Source of the DNA: Balanoglossus misakiensis
Taxonomy: Eukaryota > Animalia > Hemichordata
DNA: 64,000 bases
Direction: 5' to 3'
Assembly: GCA_040954595.2 (NCBI GenBank)
Contig: CM082584.2
Location: 13,137,337-13,201,336 of the forward strand
Positions 28,001 to 39,095 of this stretch are shown here, piece by piece. Both the position numbers and the translations under genes were made by a program. Under the pieces are notes generated by a model. The model was not told the DNA's origin. It searched no databases and worked only from the letters and a program-made list of their open reading frames with translations. The number at the start of each line of letters is the position of its first letter. Position 1 is the stretch's first letter.

Positions 28001-31000
28001 ATGCATAATGAATGATGTACATATCTATTATTTCTCTTTTACCAGAGTAAAGCAGCAAAGAGAAGTGCAGACGCAGTGTTTTTCCTAATTTTCATCCGTC
28101 CAAGTTACAAGTCAAATCTACGTGCCGTTTGATCTCGTGTGAATGGGATGGAACCATGATCCCATCAGAAGTTGTTCATTGAAATATATTAATTCATATC
28201 TATGGCCAAAATATGACTTAATTTTTTTTCTGTATACATTTCACAAAATGCTCTGGTATATTTGTATTAAATGTTCTTTTTTTAATGTTCACAAGTTTGA
28301 AGTATCCTGTTTGTGTACGGTTTCAATTATAGTAAAAATGTGTGATTGTCCATAGTTCTTGCCAGATTTCATTATCTGTATCAAATATTAGTATTTTTTT
28401 TATAAATTACCGACCAAAAGCACTGCAAAAGACATACTGTAGGGTCCTGATGTCTTTTGTGCTGTGGTTGTGCGTTGACTTGTGGGTGATTAGTCTGTTG
28501 CCGATGCCAACCAGCCATCCCAGGATGCACCAACGTGTGGTGGCACTAACAGCCGCATGGCAAAGCCTAATAGTGTTAAGGTCATTGTATTATTGGCCTG
28601 TGATATTCACACCTGCAATTGAGCCAACATACCACATGCAGACAAACGCTACTTTCTGAAAATACAGAGACTAGATTCCTCTCTCCCTATCTCATGAATC
28701 GTGGCATTTTCGCGCATCAGCAAATTAAGCCAGCTATTAATTAATTGTTGACCTGTGAAACACGATGGCACTGGGTGTTCATTGTATCACGTTACACTGG
28801 ATAATCTCTGAACATTCCTAATACCAACATAATGAATATAGATGTCTCATTCCAACTCAACTACAAATGTGATGTGATGGTCCGCAATGTAGAATTTAAT
28901 GTTCCATCCACCTGGGAAAGGATACATTTACACATTGTACATGGCTTTTAATTTCCAGTTGTAATTTTGAGACCTCGAGTCTTTGCGCATTCCTCGTCTG
29001 TAGTCGATGTGATTCGGAAAATGATCTGAATGGACTGATGCGATAGGCCCTTGATCAAATTTGTGATTCGGATGATGATTAGCATAAATTTGATTCTAAT
29101 AATTTCCCTCTGTCAACACAAGAAATCTTATTATATGGAACAGGTCTTATTATTTAAATCTATAGAAAGTGTTTTCAAAATGCCAACAATAAAACAAAAA
29201 AACATCCTCTTCTGGGTTTTTATTACAATCTACTTAAAAAAATATTTTCAAATAAAAAATAAATAAAAAATACATCCTAGAACTTATTGTATTTCTGGAT
29301 GCAAAATACATACGCTGGTATTCAAGTTCCTATACATATTTTTATGACAAGCTTCAAGAAAAAAATACAATACTTTTCTGTTTTCAGATATGTCAGGGTA
29401 CTATCTATGGTAAACCTTGTGATACTCATTTTTAAAGAAAATTTCAAGTATTTGTATAATAATTCAAAACTATAGTTTAGTTCAGTGTTGCTAAATATGA
29501 CACTTTTGTATCATGTAATAACAAACATAGGAAAACTGTCAGATTTGATTTCCGTTATGATTTTTTCCATATTTTCTGAGGGAGATTATCAGTGGCATTT
29601 GATTTGGTGTTGTAATGTTTTAAAATACATCTAGGTCAGCAGAAGCAATATGCAAATAGCAGTCTAGAGTTGATGAGTCACTCGAACCCAGCCACACCAT
29701 TAAAAAAAGTTGTTATCACAGAATTTCGGCAGTCCCATTTCTAGAAATTAGCCATTGAGGTAGAGTATGCATTATTTATGTCGTTTCATAATTTATAAGT
29801 GTAGAAATATAAATGGCCATATTTTTCAATAGAAATAAATATAAATTATCATTAAAATGCATGACAACCCAGTGCCTGAGGTTTAATTTTGATTTTGACA
29901 TGTTGCATATTTGGACAATCATGTAAAAAATGTCCAGAACATTAATTTTACATGAACACACAAAAACCACAACATGATATTTCACACGTCTGATATCTGA
30001 CAAGTTTATCACTGTATCTTTAAAAGTACAATTTTGTAAATTCTAGTTTTTAATTCTTTATATCTTAAATCATAATTTTTGTTAGAAATATGTTAGATGT
30101 TTGAATATTTTCATTTCTTTTATGAGCAAAACAACCAGTGGTATATCCAACAAGGAAAATTTTATGAACTCAAAAGTCACATATTTTTATTTTGGAATTC
30201 CAACATTCCCATATGTTACCATGCATGCCATACAGTTCAAATCATTTGTTTCTACGCTCACCAAACTGGTCACAAACTCTCATTTCGGAATATCCCACTA
30301 TATATCTCTTCCTGGAGGGGCACAAGGTTTTTCCCACAATGCACTGTTCTATTCACAATGCTATATGTGTGTTTAGGCAGCCAATAATCACATGGCTCCT
30401 TCTCAAATTCACTTACTCACCACGAACAGTTATTAACACTTTTCCTCAAAACAATTATGTGTAACATTTTTTGTTCATAGTCGTATATATCTAAACAGAC
30501 ATTTCACTCCATGAATGACAATGCAATCCAGTGCAATGCAGTCATGTAAAAAAAATCAACAACACAGATCTGTACTCTATTTCTCAAAAAAACAACAATA
30601 TAATTTCTGTGTATGTATGTGTATGACTCTAAAACCGATACCATGGGAACCATGCTCTACGTCATAATTGAAGAGTTCAGAAATTTCAGTCGTTAAGAAC
30701 ATACCACACAGTACTACATACTTAGTGACCAGGAGAGTTCAATGCTATATTAAAGTTCCTTCTTTGTGTTCATTCAGCGTAGGTTGTAATGTGTGAATAA
30801 ATTTCCGAAAAGCTTGAGAAATGACAGCCTATAAAAATTTGGGTTGCTGTGAACTGGATATATGACAGCCATAAGTAAATAATTAGTTATTATTGTATTT
30901 ATACAGTTCTCTTTCAGTATGTAACAAACGTGTATTTTACATGTGTAAAGCATTTTAAATGTTTTGCACCATTTAAAGGATTTCAACACAAAGTTTTGAG

Positions 31001-34000
31001 CGTAATTGATTATAGTAAAAGCCAGGTGTAGCTATATTTCCACAAATTCATAAAAAATATTTATATTTATGACGTTGTTATCAAGATTATTATGACATTG
31101 ATGTAACCATGGCAACCATCTGAGTCTTAAAGTCCTTCATCAATTACCATAATAGCTGTCTGTTTCAGGGTGAACTGTCCTTCATCAATTTGTGACTGTT
31201 TTCAGCCTCTTCCAACTCTTACTTTCTAACATTTCCAATACATGTATTAGCAAACATTGTTTTATACCATATAATTACTTCTATAATATAATTTTGGGCC
31301 AGAACCTTTAATTTCCATTGAACTAGTCATATGTATGTCTGTGCCCATGAACGTGGTTTGAGTTGAGGCAAGCAGCTAAAGATCCAGCACTTCAGACCCG
31401 TATCAATTATTTAGCAAGTGAAACGAAAAATAACCAAAATAATGTCAAAGTGTGCATCTTTGTCTCTTGAAATACCTGAATAATTTATGTAACGTCTGTC
31501 AGTACATAAGAGGCATATTATCTAAACGCTAAGTGTCATTATTAAAAATATCACAGGTCAGCTAAACCAAAAAAAATTCCTTCTGGTCTCAGAATGTTTT
31601 AATCTGATGTCCTGCTAGCCATGGAAACAAAGCTGGGAACAGTGGTGTAACTTTCAGTTGATTCCAAATTTTTTTCAGGTAATTTCAGAACTCAGTTTCT
31701 TATTCCACTGCCTGAAGCCTAAAGCATGTTCAAACATTCAACAGTGATCGGTTTGTCGGTGCATGTCTAAACACCTATGGTTGGTGTTGCTGATTTAAGT
31801 CTTGGTCTCAATTTATTTTCGGTTATCAACAACAATAATGCATATCTCTGTCACTTGTACCTGTCAAAAATCACTGTAAACAGTTTTACAGTAAAAGTTT
31901 TTAAAAATAAACGGGCAGCAGTCAAGTTCTGATATATGGAATACCACTGTTGGTCAGAACTGTAATTTTGTGGCACGTACACAGTTCGAGTCATGCAAAT
32001 ATTCATGGGTGTGGCACAAGCAAAGTATTAAATTCAGAAAGTTGCTGAATATACTGACCAAAGTCTTCAAATTACTTCCCTGGGGGCACTTACAAAGCTG
32101 GAAGTTTCACCAAGCTTTTTGCAGTGGAAGGGAAAGATGTTGATCCACAAAATAAAAATTCTAACAAATGTTTTCAAAAGTTTGATTAGCTGCTACAAGT
32201 GGAGCTTGTACGAAACTAGTCTAGAATAGGTGGACAGAAAAGGAGATGTCTCTGAAAGGTGGAATAAAATATTGCTCAGCAAGTCAAGCACGCGTCAAAT
32301 CATAATGTTTTTATTATCAAGCACTAGACTGGGACAAAATATTGTTTTGTGAAGTACGGTGTTTGGACTCTACCAACACGCATGTAGTTTAATGTTTAAT
32401 CAGAGTCAATTTATCGTCACGGCAGCATTTCAAAAGATGCAGAGAATTCCAAATATTAGTAAAACACTGCTCATAAAACAAAATGATCAAGGCTACCAAA
32501 ACTGGTAATATTTGCAAGCTCTGAATTTAAAAACAGAAATACTACAGGTATACAGTAATGTCATGTTTTCCTTCATAAAATGATCCCAGTTTTATTTTCT
32601 AGTAGGTAGCATTGTGGCGCATATATTTCATTTCCTGTCATGAAGTTTTTTATTGATCATTTCATTTCAAAACTATGGCAAGACTTTTGCACATACTGAA
32701 ATCAGTGCGCATTATCAAGATTTTAGTCTGAAGATTTGATTGGCTAAAAAAACATCGCTAATCTAAATGATTGATAATTGAAAAACACAGAAAAGTATCA
32801 TATCTATAGTGACTTGCCCCGTAGCAACAGCATGAAATTCATTTCCGTAACTGAATAAGAATGTTAGTGAGATAGTATACAATATTAATTTTACTTAACA
32901 CCGTTGGTCTGGAAAGGGACATTCATGTATGTCAATTACAAGGCAGTAACCGCAAGTAGATATGTTACAAGAAATAACAAGACTGATGTTGGCACTCTGA
33001 TCAAGTGACTTGTTAAATTAATAATTGCTTGTATCAACAACTAATTATCTGAGCATTAACAGATGGTCTGTAAGCACAGCTGACATGGTACCATAGCTGA
33101 AGGGTTGTTGGCAAATCAATATATCAAAATGGGAATCTATTACCTTATATAATTTATTCAAAAAGTATATTTTTTAAATTAGCCAATAACTAATGCTTAC
33201 CATATTTTTACAAGTGTGTTCTGATGAAACATTCAGCTTATTTAAAAACATATGAAATGGTACACATCTTGAGATCTTAACTGTTAGAAATTTTCTTGAT
33301 AAAATTACATGAACCGTTCTCAGGAGGGTCATGATGCAGATTGTTGAACCCAGGTTATCTAAAAGTTTTATCAGTACATGAAAATTAAAGTGATATACCA
33401 GATTTCTAGTAACTCTCAGTATGTATTTAACAAGACATTGTTCCTTATTATTTCTAGGTAGGTATGAAAATAATCCCTAATATTTAGGGGTGAGGGCAAA
33501 GACAAGTATTGTTTTAGAGATTTTTGTTTCTGTGAAAAATATTGATTTCCGTGTTCTGTTAAACCATAGAAAACATTCACTTTTTTGAAGATCTGTGAAT
33601 ATAGCAATACTCAAGTACAACTCTGAGACTATAAGACTAAACAGACCAAAATACCAGTAGTGATGGAAAAAAATTATTTAAGAGGGAGACATTGAGCACA
33701 TGATGCGCTGAACTGTAGGTCGTGTTCATGTGCCTTGCCCAATTTTGGAAATTATTAACTGAAAGTCTGTTGAATTAGTGCATAGAATTGGCAGCATGCA
33801 GAGTGAAAAAAACGTAAGTCGCTATGAGAAAGTAGAAATCTCTGTTTCCATAGCAACCAGTGAAGTGAGCCCCCTTAGCTGCTACAATTTTTTTCTGCGT
33901 CACAGTTTCTTCTGTTCAGAGATGCTATTCAAAGAGGTCATTAATCGTTCGTATATACTCATAAGCAACAAATGACTGGCAAGTCCTTGTCGTTATTTTT

Positions 34001-36444
34001 GCTAAAAATTTTCAGATTGTGCTTTGTCTTGGTGGAGTTTTAATTGTCCAAAATGGTTGTCGTAGTTAAGTTCAAGGACATTTTAGCGATCTGATGAGTA
34101 AACGTTAAAAGTACCTTTTGATGGTCGTCTTTTAATTCAATACAAGACTATTCAGTCCAAGGACTTTTTACCAAATTTACCCAGCATTCATTTGCTTGAT
34201 AGATTTTAACATTACCTGATTGGCTGTCGGTGCAAGTAAAGTCACCAGAGAGAGAAAAACACAAAAAAAGTCTGGCTTACAGATGAATGCACGTAGGAGG
34301 CAATATGTCATTTTATGCCGCATACACCATCTAACGTGATTGGTGTGACAAAGTAGATCTCAGCCAGTCATCAGTTCAAGCACAACTTGGAGTGAATTTA
34401 CTGATTTACTGAAATGCATGTAAAAAAAGTCCAACGAGTAAATTTTTTTGTTGGGGACATTGTACTGCTTTTATTACACATGTCGCAGTGAAAGCAAACA
34501 AGATTGTCGACAGTTAACAGGTGGTACATGACTAGAGGTCATGCTAAGGTCAACTCATGAGTTACATTGTACATTACTGCATGCATTTTCACAGGTTCAA
34601 CATGTACTTTAACACTAAGGTTTTCAAGCATTTTAATAGAGACATCAAACTGTTTTCCTACAAGTATATTTATTTTCCTGTAAGAAAATCAACATCATTC
34701 TTATTTTTCAGAGCTTTTTCCATATTTCCATTAGCTTTGAAATGGGAACTGTTTCTTCATTCTTTTGTTTTATATCCAAATTTATTTTTCCAGGCAACAC
34801 ACTGACTCAATAAATATTAAGTGATTGCCATCCAGGCTTGGAATGCATTGTCCTGTTGTTGAACAGCGCCACCAGTGGTCAGTTCCATAGAAGTACATGC
34901 TGTGCAAAAAATGTATACCTAATAGTAAACTAAAATTTTAAACTCATTCCTTTAATGCAGATTGGAAGTGAACAGTGCGGATTTCTTCAGAAGAGAAATG
35001 TACACAGGCTGTCGAACATCATGCAGAAATCAAATTCAACAGATAACGGTGACCAATTGGTTACCATGGACACAGAGAATAAAGATGCCATCAGTATGGA
35101 GAAAGATCTGGAGGTAGCATCCCTATATGAATGTATAAAATGTTTTGTTACAAATTCCATAATTATCAAGGATGTGTCTGAGTCATGAATGATTCTTTCA
35201 TTTTAGTTCTGTTGAGGAAAGCAATCAATGTGAAATCTGTTGCTGATTTTCTTGCAGGATGACAGGGCTGTGGCGATCAGCCAATCAGAATTGACAGCCA
35301 GGTGTGTTTATGAATACCACGTCGTGTACAGTCTCAGTTATGCTGTCCCGGTGCTCTACTTCAATGCTTCAAAAGAAGGTTGGTCAGAAATGTCTACCAG
35401 TCATTTTTGAATAGGACAGAGTATATCACACTCGGGGCATATAATCCAGTGAAACAGTGTTGTTTGCATTTGATGTGACAATCATTCATGCAGTGTCTGC
35501 TTTCAACAACTGAGCTGAGGTATCAAATTTCAACCAAAAAAAGTCAGTCAGTCATTCAGATTATCAGACATGGAACATAACAAAATAAACTTCACTCCAT
35601 TTAAAAATGCCTGTCATATTCATTCCTGTAACTTTCATTTCAGATGGCAGAATGCTTTCATTGGAGGAAGTGTGGGACAATGTGACAGATAGCTATCAGT
35701 CGAGTGTCTCTTTCGATAAATGGTCATTCATAACTCAACAGGTATGGTTCATTTTGCCCAAGAATCATTAAAGACTAAAATTAAATTCTTTTCTTTCAGT
35801 GAGCATGTAAGCTGCTAATCAGATACCACATGGAAGTAGAACAATTAGGAAACTCAGTAAATATAAATACAAAAGAAGTAAAGGCTTTTCCCCTCTGTCT
35901 TCTCAACAGGAACACCCATTTCTCAGAAGACCATTCTTCCAGATCCATCCATGCCACACTGCAGATGTGATGAAAGCAACAGGAGTAGATTGGACTGATA
36001 ACGAGTATGTCTTGCATTTATTTTTGACTTTTTGAAGAGCGCCATCTTGAGTTCAATGAACAGTTTGAAAATAAGAGTGTGGCAGGGATAACAGTATTGC
36101 TTGATTTGTGACATCTGAATTTTGATCCAAATTACAAATAAGTATTACAGAGCCAAGTGTGAGTGAGTTTTATTACCATATGAGGGCACATTTTTTATCA
36201 AATGGATTATAGCTGAAGCAGTCCGTCAGGGGGATAAATCCTTGATTATTTCTTTTCTGAAGTAAATGATGTGGTCACTCCACAAATGGATGGGAAAATT
36301 TATACACTCAAAAGACACTGACTCAGTACGTTGTTGTCTATTTTCCTTCGTAGGAATAATTATTTGGTGACTTGGTTGAGTACAATTGGACCTGTAGTTG
36401 GCCTCAATCTGGCATTCAGTTATGGAACACTGGACAAAGGTTGA
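25017..36444 (+). CDS. ATG10: Ubiquitin-like-conjugating (E2-like) autophagy enzyme ATG10, complete, 6 exons, 220 aa
   Basis: Exons 25017-25121, 34961-35113, 35258-35378, 35644-35741, 35910-36004 and 36354-36444, all GT-AG and in frame. Translation: MATGTISWTKFKKDALEIIRHSGHIHDGWQY...[79 protein letters not shown]. It has the catalytic HPC motif and the typical ATG10 blocks. Confidence 0.95.
26476..26522. mobile_element. 33-bp palindromic mini-MITE or transposon footprint with 7-bp target-site duplication
   Basis: CATAGACAGTAGAAA-gag-TTTCTACTGTCTATG (26483-26515, perfect 15-bp inverted arms), flanked on both sides by CAAAAAC (26476-26482 and 26516-26522). Confidence 0.7.
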
Positions 36445-36520
36445 ACATGGTCACACCATCAAATCACTGCAGTTAATAGTGGCCTGCAAAGCCAGCATGG
36501 TCCATGGCAATTTAAGCCGT

Positions 36521-36790
36521 TGGGTCTGTGTGAGCCAATACGAAGCCAGCATGGTCCGTGAAAGCCAATAAGAAACCAGCATGGTTAATATGAGCCAATA
36601 CGAAACCAGCGTGGTCTGTGTGAGCCAATACGAAGCCAGCATGGTCCGTGAAAGCCAATAAGAAACCAGCATGGTTAATATGAGCCAATACGAAACCAGC
36701 GTGGTCTGTGTGAGCCAATACGAAGCCAGCATGGTCCGTGAAAGGCAATAAGAATCAAGCATGGTTCGTATGAGCCAATACGAAGCCAGT
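36521..36790 (+). repeat. 30-bp minisatellite (~9 units) with 90-bp higher-order periodicity in the ATG10 3' UTR
   Basis: AGCCAATA recurs every 30 bp from 36533 to 36773 (AGGCAATA at 36743). Unit variants A/B/C repeat in the order ABCABCAB'. Confidence 0.92.
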
Positions 36791-37057
36791 GTGGAGTGAC
36801 CGTGATATTTTAAAACATTTGAGAGTCGTAACATTGAGATGGGAGTCTGCTACCTACCTATATGTCTTAATGTTCACCAGTGAGGGCATCCTTCACTTCT
36901 TCTGACAAGTACTCTATACCCAGAAAAGGAACAACTGCTTATTAGTAGTTTGAACAAGCCTCACACTCACCAAGTATCCAAAAGTATGTCTAGCTGTTAG
37001 TTCTATGCTTAGCTTCAGTTAATCCAAAGTCATCCTGATGTCTTGTCTTCTCCTTTC

Positions 37058-37063
37058 AATAAA
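37058..37063 (+). terminator. Candidate polyadenylation signal of ATG10
   Basis: First AATAAA I found downstream of the ATG10 stop (~610 nt 3'). Confidence 0.5.
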
Positions 37064-37184
37064 CATGTCACATACATCGGTCTACTGTTACCAGTGTGTT
37101 CTATACCACCACCTCTATTGCTGATTGGCCAGTATCTTATTCACATAAATTAGAAAAAAAAACATGATTTATAATATTATATTT

Positions 37185-37190
37185 TTTATT
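37185..37190 (-). terminator. Candidate polyadenylation signal of the convergent receptor gene
   Basis: TTTATT on the plus strand (AATAAA on minus), ~1.3 kb downstream of the stop at 38509, after an AT-rich UTR-like stretch. Confidence 0.45.
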
Positions 37191-38508
37191 CCAAATCAAT
37201 TATCCCAGATTACAAAATAGTGTGATTGCATTCTTTTTCTCAAAAATATATATGGCATTGTATAATATGTAACAACTAGGACAAAATGAAACATTTATAA
37301 TAGAACTCTGTCCTCAACCTCTTCAACTATTCTTGAACATTTTAGTCACAGTGTAATGTATACAGTCATATAATATAGTATTAATATCATGTTACTATCT
37401 ACATACCCATCCATCCATAATAAATATACCTGCAAATGCAATCTGTTTGAAAAAATATGTAAATAATAAAGTGAAGTCAACTTTAAATGTTCCGGTTTTG
37501 TATGTTTTGATTGTTTCAACATTCACATAATAATTTGATTTGCATAGTCAAGATAAAATACTGTTATCTGTCACCCACCTGCAAAATATATATGTCTAAA
37601 AAAAGGTGATGAGTTGTGTAAGTTAGCCAACAGACACCATGACAATATAGGAATATCTGTACACAATTTAAAATGTGACAGAAATAATTCATCGTGTTTG
37701 AGTTGTATCTGTTTACCAATGATTATTTAAAATTCCAGTTAATATAAAATGTGGATTAAAAAAAATGGAAATAAAGAAATACTGAAAATCAATACTGAAC
37801 TAAAAACAGTTGATTTGGAAATGATTCACTTGGTATGTAGTCACAAATTTATGGCATTTTATAAAATAGTAAATGGTTCATCAAAGAAAATAAAAACTTG
37901 TCAAAGGATATGATGTAATTGATCTATCTCTACAAAAATGCAGCTGCTCTGGCACCTAAGTTCTTTGAATGTCTTGAGATTTCTGCAAAATATAAATTGT
38001 AAGAGGATTTGAACTCGGACCCAGTCACCTCGAATTATTTTGACGAAGAACCTTGGCATAAAGAAAACATTGACTCTGAAGACTGAACATGTGCCTTACA
38101 AAATTGCTATTCACCAGCAATGTCAATGGAGCCTGACAATGTGATGTTTAATGCATTCTATTTTACCACACCTGATAGTGGTACAGAAAATTTAAATATA
38201 AAGCATTTCCCCCTTTTAATCCAATACTGCGCACGGTAATCACAGATGAAAGAAAATTAAAATGGACAGTTTAGGGGAATAAATAAGTCGTGAATAATTC
38301 AAACAACGGAGTTATAAATATTTATGCACCATATCTTTGCCTAATTATATTCATCTTGCAAAATATTTTCCCTAATCCCACCATCATAGATGATCAATGA
38401 TTTCTTTTTTAATATTAAAACACGTCCTAGTTGTAACCATATAGATCTGACAACATTTGTGACCCAGCCAGCATTGATGCAGTCTGGATGAAGTTGTGGG
38501 TCGTTCCA

Positions 38509-39095
38509 CTAAAAATATGTTATCTGATCTTCATCATCTGAAACCGATTCAAATGACGAATGTGACGTAGATGGGTCCATCATTCGGAGAGGGGTTTCTT
38601 CTGGTTGGGTATCTGCAGACTGCTCACTGGCACTACTTTCGATGTTCATACTTTTTGATCCCAAGAATGTTTCGAAAGTGGCCTCTTCTCCGTTGTCATC
38701 CAAAGCTGACGACTGTTCGACTTGAGTTTTGCCTAGGGTTATATCCTCCCCAAAGAATGATGTCAAGGTCTCTTCTGCATTCATTTCTTTTCCTTGTTCG
38801 CCTTCGACTTCTCCAGGTTCACGTTCCTCTGCCATTTGTGATACAGGTTCAGACTCTTGCTGGTGCTCAATTGCAGATTCTTGGGTCTCTTCTGCAGCTT
38901 TGTCACTTGTGTCCACCATTGAGCTCTCCCTACTGATCTGTATCCTGACTTCGCTGTGGTATTGCTTGCGTTGTGTCAACTTCACTGCAATCATTTTACC
39001 CATGGTGATACTGGATATGGATGGCCTGATGATCCTCAGTGTGGCGAGTAAGCGATGTTGGATTCCGGGCGACAACTGGATGATGACGTTGGTTT
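38509..39095 (-). CDS. Terminal exon: novel basic then acidic low-complexity tail ending DQITYF*
   Basis: Acceptor cacaacag| at 39096. The phase-1 entry matches the preceding exon and the frame of ORF 38509..39075. Glu/Ser-rich, with no resemblance to the ECM29 continuation. Confidence 0.8.

Noticed and set aside
28030-28135. Exon-like acceptor (tttctcttttaccag|AGTAAAGCAGC…) in ATG10 intron 1
   Set aside because: Runs into a stop, has no clear donor and is not needed for the ATG10 frame.
36451-36834. Repetitive ORFs (SYWLxxTMLx; HTDHAGFVLA) and CRISPR-like periodicity
   Set aside because: These are translations of the 30-bp minisatellite. There are no unique spacers or cas genes, and the context is eukaryotic.
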